64,000 nucleotides of DNA from Nymphaea colorata (Eukaryota): assembly GCF_008831285.2 (NCBI RefSeq), contig NC_045138.2, forward strand, positions 28,148,001-28,212,000. Direction: 5' to 3'. The notes beneath the pieces were generated by a model. The model did no database searches, was not told where the DNA came from, and was given only the letters and a program-made list of their open reading frames with translations. Shown piece after piece: positions 26,084-38,842 of the stretch. Positions within the stretch are counted from its first letter, which is position 1; each line of letters begins with the position of its first letter. Position numbers and translations under genes: made by a program.

Positions 26084-29000
26084 ATGGTGTCCCCTCTCTT
26101 AAAATCAGCTTCTGAAGGGAGTGATGGAACCCAGAATGCCCAGTTGGTCCTCAACGTCTACGATCTCACGCCCATCAACAACTACATGTGCTGGTTTGGT
26201 GTGGGCATCTACCACTCAGGCATTGAAGGTAACCACGTTTCCGTTTTCCATTTGTCTCGATTCTGCATTTTTGTTAGGAGTTTTTTACTTTTGTTTGTGC
26301 TGTGATCGGTTTTGGCCCCTTTTATGTTGGATTCGACCATTAGCGGTTATTTAACACGGGGTCCCGGTTGAGTTTGCCGGATAGTGGGTTTCTTGCCAGT
26401 TATGGTGTTTTGCTTGATGGTGCCTAATGTGTGGAGAAATGTGTTAAAATTGATGTTTCCTGTGGATGGTTTTCGGACATTGAATGGAAAAAAAGCACAA
26501 CGTAGCGGTTACTTTTGTGTTATCAATGTGATTAAGAACGTTCAGTAGTTCCCAGTGTATGAAAAGGTGAACAAAATTAATTCACCCCCATTATGTTCCG
26601 CAGTGACAAAATTTTCATATCTTAGATGATGCAGTTCGTAGCGTGTTCAAGTTTTGCATGGTTTATTCTATACGTTGTTAATATCATCCTTCCGTCTTTT
26701 TTCTTTCCTCTCCGCGTCCTTTTTTGATCTGTTAGGTCCTCTTATCTTACTATGATCATGAATGAAGCCTATCGTGAATTTTCAGTCGGAACAAGTGTCC
26801 ACTGTCGGTGGGTTGTTTTAGTCAGATGATCATGACTTTGTGTGACATGCATATTAATTTTCTTCAGGCATGTCCTAGTTTCAGTTTAATCTTTTTATTG
26901 GCATTCCATGAGTCAAGTTCTCCCTTTTTAGGAAGTAACTGAGTGGAACATATTTTCATATTGGCCGGTGTTTTTAGCAAATTTGTCATATATTTCATAC
27001 CTTTCTATTCTCATGTATTCTGGGGTTTCTATAATTGGTGGTGATACCTTGTAGGGTTGAGTTGTAATTTAGTATAAGTCATTGATTCTAGTATTATCAT
27101 TCTATTATGAAAATTCAGAAATCTGGCTTTGAAATAGCTATTAAAAAGAATAGACTCTCAGAGGATCTACAAGTTGCATATGGTGTTCGGATGGTGAAGA
27201 ACAAAATCAAGATGGAATACCAAGAGAAGAAACAAACACTTTTCCTTACAGTAACCTCTGGCTATGAAATTTTGAAGTCATTAGTTCAATCAAATTGCAG
27301 AAAGAACCATGTCACATGAATGGAGGTGCAGGTGCACCCATTTTCAAAGAAAAAACATGGGTTTCGTGTCTGGGTTCTTGTTCCATCACTTGCTCTTGAG
27401 CAGGGTGTGGTCCAGATCTTGTTTGACTGTTGGAGATTTTATCAATTTCTGGTGTATTGAATGTCATTCCAGTCCAACCTCTAATGCATTTGACTTTCCT
27501 CAATCCAATCTATTTGCACCTCTGGTTTTGACTATCAAGTCAGTCCATTATGCTGGACTACATGCTTGCTCCACAAAGTTTGAGTTGCAATTGTTGAGCA
27601 TATGTTTAGCGTTTGTTTTGAGCCAGGATCAAGCTCTTCTTTTATGGTTTATTGGATCTGCTAAAGGTCAAACCTGGTGAATTGAGCACCGACACACTTG
27701 CCTGCTCACCTCATAACATCAAGAGCAAGATAGGACTTGCACTGTGTGTGTCTGATAGAAGCTTATACATACAACAAAAAAATGTATACACATTTAATTG
27801 AAGCATAAAGTATGATAACCATCAATTTGTTAATAACCACAGGACAGCTTAATCTAGTGCAGTGGGCTATTTGAATCACCTTGCAACCCAGAACCAAAGG
27901 CACCAAGACCACTTTTCATTTGTTGTAGGCCTAACCATTCAAATCCGTTGTACATTCTGCTGTATTTGTATTGGGCGGTTACTTTCTCCATGTCAATGTA
28001 CATATATTTCATTGCAATTTCTTGCAGCATTTTCTTTTGTTCTTCTTAAGCATAAGGCATTGGTGCGGAGAGGTTTCTTAGGTCCTTGCAAGCTGATAAT
28101 ATGCACAGGCTAATGGGTTGAATAAAGGTTAGCCTTGAACCTTTATTGTAAAATCCACAAAGGAGTGCTACAACGGCTACTTAGCCATTCGTTGGCATCT
28201 CCTTTATCATTATATTGAGATTCCTATTTTTCTTTCATTTAGCATTTGTGAGGGATTTGTAGCTTTGTTCAATGTTGTAAAAAGCGTATCGTAAGCTGTA
28301 TCGGTCTGGCTTTAAGATATGTTGTATCGTAAAATATTGTAACGTATCGTAACCGTATCATTTTTTTTTAAATAATCAGAAAAAATATAAAAAATTCTCA
28401 AAAAATAATAAAAAATCAATAAAAATTACCGTATCATACCTGTATCGTGCCGTATTGTAACCGTATCATACAAGACGGTGCCCGTATCATAAATATACAA
28501 TGCGGGGGGTGTATCGTATCGTATTTTATGTTCGATACGATACGTATCATATGATACGGCTCCGTATCGTACGATACATACAACACTGACTTTGTCACAT
28601 GTGCCAAAATGCATGCATGTGCATATAGAGGTTCTCTTTCTTGTATCCAGCTGTGCTCCCAAAAGTTGAAGGGGGGAACATATCCAAACTCTTAACATCA
28701 AAAGTTGCTGGTACAAAATATGTACTTCAAATATTTGTTGTTCTTGGACTCCTTTTGAGCATTTCACATTGGCAGACCATGCCACTAGAATTATAGTCTC
28801 TACTTGTGTGACACGGGTACACCTGTTTTGCCCAGGTACCCGTGTCGGGTACGTGGGTACGGCGACATGGGTACGGGTACAGCTGGGGTACGGCTGCATT
28901 TTAAAACTTTTAAAATTATATTTTCAAACTTAATTTTTTGTTTCTCCCTTCTTTTATGTTTCCCTTCCAATAAGATTCTATATTTTCCTCTCATTTTTCT

Positions 29001-30759
29001 TTAATTTTGTGATTTGTTGTAGATTATAAGACTATTAATGTTTTTTTTTCATTTGATCATTTTTGAGAATTTAAGAATTTGCTGTACCCGTGTATCCATA
29101 ATTTTCAAAATCGCCGTACCCGAACCCCTATCGCCGTAGCCGTACCCATGTGACATAGGTCTCTACCAACTTTAATGATTCACGTTGCGGCCTCCATATA
29201 TGCTTCTGGTTATCTTTGCTACTGTTTTGATATTGCTAGTAGATTTAATTTTGATCCTACACATTCTCCAGTAAATTGTGTGGTGATCTGCTTGTGAATA
29301 TTTACCTGCCTAGTGCCTACAAATGCTAACTGTTAGTCCCAGAGGGAATGACTTCCAAGTTCAACATTTTCTCAACTTCTGCACCCTTGAAATATTTCTA
29401 CTGCAGCTCAATACTTGTCAAGGCAGAGAAGATTGAACGTTGTCCCTTCTTGTTTGAGATATACGTTTGAACGTATTGTGCTGGCTTTTCCCTTTTTTTT
29501 TTTTTTTGTGCTCAGCTTGTCGTAGAACAGCTTAATGTTCTACAGCCTGTATTTTCTTTTCTGATTTTTTAAGTGCACCAAGTTGGATGCTGTCAGGATA
29601 TTTATCCTTGATTCTAATCAGTGTTTCCTTGTGCTTATTTCATCTCTGTGCAGCTTATGGAATGGAATATGGATTTGGTGCCCATGACTATCCCACCAGT
29701 GGGGTTTTCCAGGTGGAGCCTAAGTGTTGTCCGGGGTATATATACAGATGCACCATCCCTTTGGGAAATATAAACATGACACAGTCAGAGGTCCAGACTT
29801 TTATGGAACATATGGCTTCAAAATATCATGGAGATACCTATCACCTCATTTCTAAGAATTGCAACCACTTCACTGATGATGTTTGCATGACGTTGACTGG
29901 AAGGTCAATTCCTGGCTGGGTAAACCGCCTGGCAAGATTGGGTATGCATTTCTTTCTTTTGGCTTTCAATGTGGTCACTTTTTCAGTTTGATTTTCTCGT
30001 GTACCGTCATGACCTTAAACAAAATGGACCTCCATTTTCAGGTGCTTTGTGCAACTGTCTGCTGCCTGAAAGCCTTCAAGTAACCACTGTTAGACACATG
30101 CCAGAGTACCACGGATGCTCAGGTGAACTTTTTATTTTCCAGTCATAAATATATAAGGTTGACTTACTGTTCCTTCTGCGGTTGTGCATTCTAATGGAAA
30201 ATTTAACTATGTATAATTTTCAGTGGTAGCAGTGAAAATGCAGTTGACGTGTTATCAATAATGACTTAAAATATTAATGCCATTTTGTTTTTTGCAAATT
30301 ATGTGCTTCATTATCTTTGGTTTCTAGTCTCGTTCTAGGACTTGCACATCAGTTCTTTCAATTCTTGTTTTCATATTATGCTCGAATCAGTTGTGTGTTG
30401 TTGGAAATTTTACTCTCCTTTTGGAACTTTGTTGTCCTGTCAACTTGGTGTATAAGTTAGCTTAAGAAAGAGTTTGGCTTGTGTAATTGCTAAGTGAAGT
30501 ATATGTTCCTGTTTTCTCATTATCGTCTACAATTTTAAACTCCAAATTTTTGGTGTGATTTTACATCTCATACTCATCTGATGAATGCTCTTCAAGGGGG
30601 AATAGTTATTGACTATTTGCAAATGCAGAAGAAGAATCTGAATCGCCATCTCCTATCATTACTCGTGAAGCAACAGAAAGTGAAGATGGAGACCCTGAGA
30701 GACAGCTTCTTTCATCCCCTACAGCTGAACTTGAATTCATTAGAGAGTCACCAAAGTGA
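26084..30759 (+). CDS. PPPDE / DeSI-like (deSUMOylase/deubiquitinase-family) thiol peptidase, ~214 aa, 4 exons
   Basis: Exons 26084-26228, 29654-29941, 30042-30122, 30629-30759 in frame. Motifs LNVYDLTP, GIYHSGIE (catalytic His), YGMEYGFGAHDYPTSGVF, YHLISKNCNHF (catalytic Cys), IPGWVNRLAR, CNCLLPE. Confidence 0.95.
28270..28588. mobile_element. hAT-type MITE (GTATC/GATAC-repeat family) in PPPDE intron 1
   Basis: TIR CAATGTTGT...ACAACACTG; TSD GCTTTGTT/ACTTTGTC (6/8); dense CGTATC/GATACG subterminal repeats. Confidence 0.8.
28804..29158. mobile_element. hAT-type MITE (GTACCC-repeat family) in PPPDE intron 1
   Basis: Perfect 8-bp TSD GTCTCTAC (28796-28803 and 29159-29166); imperfect TIR TTGTGTGACACGGGTAC / GTACCCATGTGACATAG. 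Confidence 0.88.
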
Positions 30760-32504
30760 ACCGAAGTTTTGCCTGGAATTTTCTTCATTACTTGCATCCG
30801 GTCTCGTAGCAGAAGCTTATGCTAAATGTTTAGTGGGAGTTGAGTGCATTTTGAAGGACTGAAACTGGAGCCGTCATAAATCATGGGTCTCGAATTTCAT
30901 AATTTTTGGTTTCTTTCTGTATCATTATCTGTATCAACTGTCAAGACAGTAATTTCTTCAATTGTCCTTAATTGAATTGCATAGTCAATTTTCAGGTGGT
31001 GTTATCAAGCACGAGTGTCTGGCAATTCAACATACTGTTGAAAACTATTCTTTTTTTGTTGGTTTGTCACTTAGTGCTGTCTGAGATTGTAACGCTTTTT
31101 CAGAATCCAATACAGTTCGAAGAAGACGGTTTTAGAATATTTCATATTTTAAAAATATTCTACGATACATTGTTTGTGTAACTTGAACATTTTTATGTAG
31201 CTTTCATACGTCGCGTTCTTGGTCTTTTAGATGAGTGAGCTGGGTTAGGAAGACCTGCCTTTTCATTGATGTTAATGGCAACAAACACTTGCACAAGCTG
31301 TTCAACTATCGAGCTATGGGCTCGAAAGGGTTCCCAAGTGGAGGTTTATCTGGTCGGTCTACATATGAAGCAGCGTCGAGTTAATATGCTCAATTTTTTG
31401 GGGATTATTCTAAAAGATATAAATATTAGATGAGAATGTGTCTTGCCAAGAAAATCTTAGGAAAAAGGCTGACAACAGTTTGCAAACCGTGTCCTAATTT
31501 ATCCATGCATCTCATTTCTGGTTTTGGTGTTGGTGAAGGCCGTTTCCAACAATGAACCCAATAGGCTTTGGGGCTGGCAACTTGTAAAAGAGGAGCTATT
31601 TATTATTCAGTCGAGAAGCAGTTGCAAACAAAATCTTTGTGGATTTCTTTTGCTCCATCATTGATCCACATGATTTGGGAAAATATGCTTCTCTAAAGCA
31701 CCATCCACCGTAATCAAGGGTAAAGCAGTAATCCGAGGTAGAACCTTGAGCATTTTCGACGTGTTAAAAAGCCCATATGAACATTTTGTTGATCTACGCA
31801 TTTTAAACCTTCGAAACATGAGCATGTTTCTTTGATGAGTTATATGTTCAGCCTGCTTTCGTAAATTTTTCATGAATCAATAGGTAATAGGCAACATCCT
31901 AAGACATGCATAAGGCCACGGGGTTAATCAGTTTAGAAATTACTTTAAGGTAGTCGGGCAAATACAATAAGAACCGTCTCAACTTTTCAAAATTTTTACT
32001 TTGTATTTAGTTATAACATTAACTTTATATTTTCATTTTTTCAATCAATCGAAATTGATGTACTTAAATTTGTAACAACATTACTTAAAATACTTCTCAC
32101 TTATCCGATGGCTGACGCATGAGTGAATCCCAAATTGTTCTGGTTACTGGCTGGATCGACAACGGCCATGACTATCGGTAGCGACACAAGGCTTAGCATC
32201 CTCATGTGAATAACCTGGACGATATTCCTCACACAAGGTCGGCATGAATCACAACAGGATATAAGCCGTGGACAGAAGGTGGAACGATAAGAAATATAGC
32301 CCAAAGATTAGCAATTACTAGTGCCTGCAAGAAATTTTTGACAAGGAATACCAGCATGTACAACTGGCAAGGGACTCGAGATGCCACCATAATGTGATAA
32401 TTTATTTGCTCAGCAGCCAAGAGCATCAATGGAGGAACCAAGAAATACAAACCTTAAATGGACAAAAGAGGACGACTCCCTGGAACAGTAACTCCTAGTC
32501 TTTG

Positions 32505-35500
32505 CTAAGCACGGAACTTGCTGCTGACAGAATCGTATCTAGGGACGTTCACAACTGCAAAATGGTTTTCCAAATAAGAAAAAACAGGAACCAAGCTGAA
32601 TTTTACAGAAAAAACAGAATAATGTCCCAGTACAGTAATTACCGTCTCCCCATGAGGCCATTGTTAGGGGCGATGAGATGATCTTCTCCGCGAAAGCAGA
32701 GATGTCTTTCAGCGTGACTCCATCAATAATGTGAAGAAAATGCTCAACAGGTTTCCTGAAATGGAAGTCAGAAAGTCCCTACTATTAAAATGCTAGAAGA
32801 CCACTATACCGTGACTCAAGAAACCAACTAGCAGATATGAAACAATGCCGGTGAACATTTTTGTGCAACGAAGTGAGAAAGCAAGCATATCAAAATACAT
32901 GCGTGCAAGTGTTTATATTTCCGAAGCGCAGGGCTAAGTCATCACGTGAAGCTTCCTCCAGTTCATTTTGAACCAGTAACAAGGCACAAGGAAAATATAA
33001 GATTTTTGCTACACTAAACCAAGCCCAACGTTCAGAAGATAAATCCAACGTTGCCATAATGGTAAGAATCCAGAACATAAGGTCTGAAAGAAGCACTGGA
33101 ACTTCTTGGATTCTCTTAAGACGTGTGGTTTATTTGCCCAACAAGTGAGTTGTATCACGTTAAACAATAAAAGACCGCAATCCACATGAACCACACCTCA
33201 TGTAACTACACTTTGCAACAAAGACCACGAGTAAAATATCGTTTTTTCTCATAAAATACAGATGAAGAAACATATAGATGTGAAGCTACAGGACAAAAGA
33301 GTTCAGCAGAAAAAGAGAAGGTGATTGGATAACTCAGATTAGATTCATTAGGAGAAAGCATGTAACACATGAAGCTAGTTCCAATTATATACACAACCAT
33401 CCAGGTGAAACAAATGGGAAGGAGAAACTAGTTCATATTGAAAAAGCCAAACAAGGAAAGATTACACTTGTAAGACCTAAACACCAGAAATTAAGGAATT
33501 ACACACAGACACAGAACCTTCTTCAAGGGATCCAAGCCCCACATAGAGTATGGGGCACGATATCTGATTATCTTTATAAAACAATTGAACTGTATGCTAT
33601 GACAAAAGGCACAGAAATAACAGAAACAAAAACTGAACTCTCTAGTCATGTGTTATCAAGTTTGTCATCATTTGTAACCAATCAATACACAAAACAACTT
33701 TAATGTTACTGTTTTTTTATTTAAAAGTTGTGCTTTCCAAACAGGAAACTTAGAAAAGTTATGCCTGGGAAAAAATAGGAACGTGTTTCTTGAAGCTATA
33801 AATAAGGATAAACTCATGAAGAACTAAGATGAATAGGAAAGACAAAAAATTCCAGTTTAAAAAGGTCGGACGAACAGAAGAAAACTAAACAGTAAGCTCA
33901 CCTTTCTCCATAGGTTAAGATCTGACGACCAATATCTTCAGCAGCAACCATCTATGGAGTGAGAAAGAATAAGCACACTACTTTTGGCAGGCAGGTAAAG
34001 GAGATATGATAAGTAGAACACACACCCGTGATTCCAGGTTCATCAAAACTGCAGATTTTGTGGAAGTTTTGGCACGATCAAGCTGCACCTGATCAACTGA
34101 CAGAAGAAAAAACGACAGTATAACCAGGCAATATCTACGTCCCAAGTATCAAACCACTGAGAACCTTTTAAGTACCTTCTCCAGGTGTTGCCATCGCCAA
34201 TAGTTCTCTTGCAGCTAAATCAACAGCCTTGGGTACAAAGTCTGAACTCTATATGACACATTTAAATTTGAATTACAACAAATTTAGGAGAAATAAACAG
34301 AAAAAAATGCATTCGTACCCATAAAAAATGATCTCAAATTATCATCATAACCAATAAATACTAAATAATCTAAATAATAAATAACCTATAACCGTAATAA
34401 TGAGATCATAACAGACTTGGAATCTCATGAGCAAGCTTGAATTTGCAGTATAAATGGAAACCTGAAACTACGAGGTAATGCCATCATGACATGTGAAGTC
34501 ACGTACCGTTGTTGCATGAATTCCAAAAATACCAGTATTATTGTAAACACTGTTGAAGGCAGAGAATGACTGAATTTGCTGAAACTGATTTAGGATCCGT
34601 AAATCTGTTGACATAGGCACCAAGCAATCAAATCCAGCTGAATAGATATGTACCATGTACGGAAAATCGTGATAAGATGGAGGAAAAGGAATTAAGACAT
34701 TAGTGACAAAAATGCAGATAAAATAACTGAATAAATAAGATATTCATATTGCATGTCCATATCTCATTTGCACAAAATATACGAACTCTAGAGACAGAAA
34801 AGTCTCAAAAACATAGAATGTAACTCACATAGTCGAGAATACATCCCTTTCCCAGGACCACCAGCAGAGAAAGAACCACCTCCACCCATCAACATCTGAA
34901 AGGAGATCATACTTGTTAGCATCATTGACAAAGGAAACCCAACACGTTGACAACAGCAAGAAAAGTAAAATAAACAGGAGCATCACTCATGCAAACTGAA
35001 AATGAAGAATTTCTCATAAGGGGAAGTGCAGCTGTAGGACCTGAAGCACTGTCAGTGTGATTGCATCCTTCTCATTATTCCAGCCCCCTGGAACTTCAAA
35101 AGCAAGAGCAACATGGGTGCTCTGCTTCAGTCACAAAAGCAAGCACAATGAGATGAAGCAAATTAATGAAGGATAAGACATTTTGTAAATATGTTATTCA
35201 AACAAAGTTTACATACTGGTGAATCTGCTTGACACCGAAAATCACCTCCAACATATACAGATTCTGGAGCTTCAGGTGGAGGAACCTTTGGCATGTCTGA
35301 CAAAAGAGGCCCTGCAACTGCAAGTAATTCCTCATGGTCCACACCGGATGCTGCCAAAACCATCCGTGGAGCAGTATAATTTTCCTACATGTGAACCAAA
35401 ATAGCTAATCATTCCATGCTTTATTAACTAGTATAGCAAACAAACAAGAAATAAATTTAACAAGGAAAACTACGCTATCAAACAAGAAGTAAATTTAGCA

Positions 35501-37193
35501 AGGGCAACAATCTTACAGAAACAAACTCCCCCAGAATTGAACTATTTAATCTGTTTATTGCAGATTCAGGAGCCAATAAAGGATTTGCCAAAGCGCCTGA
35601 GTATCCAGCTGAATGAATTGCCTCCAATAGCAAACCCTGTGGATTATTAGAAATTTCTGCAATCTCTGCCTTCACCTTCTGTAGCTGTTAGCATAAAATA
35701 CAATCTGGAATTAACTTGTTGGCCACAGCACCTTAAAATAGGCATAACCAAAATATTCAGATTATGTACCTGCTCATCAACCTCCCAGTCCAGGAAAACA
35801 GGATTTCTGACACTATCTATTAGCAATTCAACCATCTCGGGTACATAAGTTTTCAAAGCATCATAAGAATAGCACATCTGCTCTCGAGAAGCTGAAGCCA
35901 TAACATTTCCTCCTATCGCCTCAACCTCTCGAACAGTGCGTAGATGGCTGCGGTTGGTTGTACTTTTGAATGCCATCCTTTCTAGAAGGTGAGTGGCCCC
36001 AAATGAAATGGGTGTCTCATAAACAGAGCCACAATCAACAAACAGGCCAATGGATGCAGCAGGATTCTGCTTGACAGCACTCAGGAAGTGAAAAAAAAAA
36101 TGCAAGATGAACATAGGATCGTCTAATAGGAAAAAGAAACAACTCATTAGTTTTACAGCAACCATACCGTGGATGTCTCTGAAGCAATCTTAACACCATT
36201 GGGGAGAGTCGTGACCTTCGTTTTTCCTGGTTCCACATAGTCTGGCAAAGGAGGAGGAAGTGAAACGCCAGGCAGAGGAACATTCAGAGGAGGAAGAGTA
36301 CTGGACCGTTCCCCAGTAAGCCAGCTAAAAAGACCTCCGGAGGAGGACTTCTCTGCGACCGTAGTGGCACATCTCGCTGTTATTGTGCCACCAGTATGGC
36401 TCTGGAACCAAATCAGATGCCAATCACATTAGTCATTCTTAAGAATGAAAAAAGGAGAAGGGATCAAGAACTGGAACACCCATTGTCCAGTGCTGTTGAA
36501 AGAACAGAATACATGAGGACAGGCATTGAAGTAAGCCAAGAAAAATTAACCAGAACAGCTGATAGGTGATATTAGTTTGTGGGCGTCCAAACTCCAAACT
36601 GTCCACCTATGAAACGGTATAGATTCAATCCAAACAAATAATACCCCAAGCAGCAGAACGCTATCTCCTACCTCCTTTATATTGACCTCTAAAAGTTGAA
36701 GGAAAAAAAAAACTAATTATCGGAAAGAAAACAACAGGCTTCTCATCCCACGGAACCAATGCTCTACTGCTCATTAAAAGTATCAGGACAATCACACATT
36801 AACGCACTCATATGCACTAAGTTCCCATAAGAATTGATACAGCTAAAAATAGCAAAAAATAAAATAAAAAAGAGTACGTACAAAGAAGAGCAGGAAGAGG
36901 AAGAAGAAGAACAAAAACACATATTTAGGACGAGCAAACAGAACAGCATAAACAGAGAGGACGCGTACAAAACCTAAAATTTCCTGCGCATCGGATCAAA
37001 CGAATAATCCTAAGGCCACACAAGAATAAATTTTTATGTTCATCCGGGTGGGCGAGGGAGAGCTGGCGCGGAGCAAGAGAAGAGGAACCCGAACGAAAGA
37101 TGAAAAAAATGGCGGAAGAGACCCAGGGGTTTGTTCGGATCATTCTGAGCTCACCTTGAGAGCCCTGAGACGCGAGGCGGCGTTCCTGTACAT
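32505..37193 (-). CDS. MPPA: Mitochondrial-processing peptidase subunit alpha (M16B; complex III core-type), ~502 aa, 13 exons
   Basis: Exons 37193-37155, 36401-36168, 36066-35770, 35684-35517, 35384-35217, 35121-35041, 34895-34829, 34604-34507, 34248-34176, 34096-34026, 33951-33902, 32755-32643, 32554-32505. Presequence-like [13 protein letters not shown], degenerate HLLER in place of HxxEH (non-catalytic alpha subunit), glycine-rich loop [33 protein letters not shown]. Confidence 0.97.
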
Positions 37194-38842
37194 GGTTGAA
37201 ACTCCACAGCGGAGTCGATCAAACGGAGAAATGGACGTCCCCCCTGCTGAGGCTGCGGACTCTCTCTCTCTCTCTCTCTCTCTCCTCTCCGAGCTAGAGC
37301 GTGAGAGCGCTTAGAGCGGTAGGGATCTGAACGGGTCAAGACTCGGGTTGGATCAAGGCGCCTACTCGTATTAGGGTTCAGAAGGGAGTTGGTATTAATT
37401 ACTAGGTAAACCTGGATTCAAGTATAATCCGATGTATACAAATGCATTTGGATCTATTTGTGATCATCAACTGCGCTCACTACTTACAAAAAGATGAATT
37501 TGAACTTGTTTAGATATATAAATTTGACTTGATTAGACATCATACTTGAATCCCAACCAGTTATATTCTTCAGTAACGCAACCATGTCGGGTTTTGCTCC
37601 TTGGCTGCACCATCATCAAGCATATCCCACACTCACAATCAAGTGGAGCAAGTCTCGCTTTATCATCTCCTCACTCGACTTAATATTTGTACAGGGGTGA
37701 AAGAAGTCATTCATCGTGTGGTTGATTACTTCCGTGCGATAAGGATAAATCTTTGTGTCAGTAATCAAAAGCGGCTTGAAGTCTTCAGCAGTAGAAGTTA
37801 GTTCACTGACTAGGAGAGTTGATCTTAAGTTCTTCAAGTTGAACAGGTCAAGAGTTGAGCACCTATAAAACAGGGTCTGCTTAAACCCGTGTTTGTTCAT
37901 AAAAAAGAATAACATGAGGAAGCTATTGTGCATTATGACAAATACATATTTGTCTCGGGCTGTCACATAAAAGGTCCTAGGCAATAGAGACATTTTGTGA
38001 GTACACTCATGGAATAATGAGTATGACATACACTCGTGGAATAATGAATCTACTCATGGGACACTCACAACTCACAAATTTTCTATGATGCCAAACCATC
38101 CCTAAAACAGGAACTTTCACGTTATAATTTAGAGAATGGCCTTTGATTAAATCACGCCCCTGCTTACTCCGTGCCTCAGCCTTCTCCTCCTAAGAAAATG
38201 GTGGTTGGCCGAAGCAGTCAAAATCAATCGGAGGTGTTAACATGCAGATCTTTTTTCACTTTCCTGGTTAAACCAAAGTTAGATTCAGAGCATGTTTCCT
38301 GGTTAAACGAAAGTACAAATCAATTGGAAGTGTTAATATGCAGATCAAGGAGTATGTGGCAGAAGCGCCTTATAAACCCTCGCCTTCCAGGAAGAAACGG
38401 CTCCCCATAATATGTTTCACGCACCAAAAAGTGTGAGCCTCACCGTCTGGGAGCATTTTGTTTTGGAACCCAAGAAAACAACCAAAAGAAGCAAACTCCC
38501 TGGAAATCGGCATCGGAAGAACCTTCTGACGGGGAAAATGCTAGAATCTCCTGCTTTCAGGTTAATAAATTGGACAAACGCATTAAAGTTTAAAACACTC
38601 TTCATTGAGATAACACAAATCCCCTTGGAGAAGGAGAAAATTTCCCCAGTGACAAAGGAACCTACAAGGTTTTTATTCTCCCTGCTAATAATTGGGCTGC
38701 CGACTCGATCTACGCTTTCACCATGCCCCATCCCTGGAGGAAAGCTAGAGTTGTCAGGTTCTAAGTTCATACAGTTCCCGTCCTGAGGTCCTCGAACCAT
38801 CCATGTAGTATGGCCATACTCCGATGCCCAGTTGCCCACGAG

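Noticed and set aside
28426..28899. 157-aa ORF rich in YDT/TR repeats (also 43124..43561)
   Set aside because: Translation artefact of MITE subterminal repeats and TRIM sequence.
38417..38839. 140-aa minus-strand ORF and overlapping 124-aa plus-strand ORF
   Set aside because: Lies immediately after the HAG2 stop (3' UTR); no recognisable motifs.
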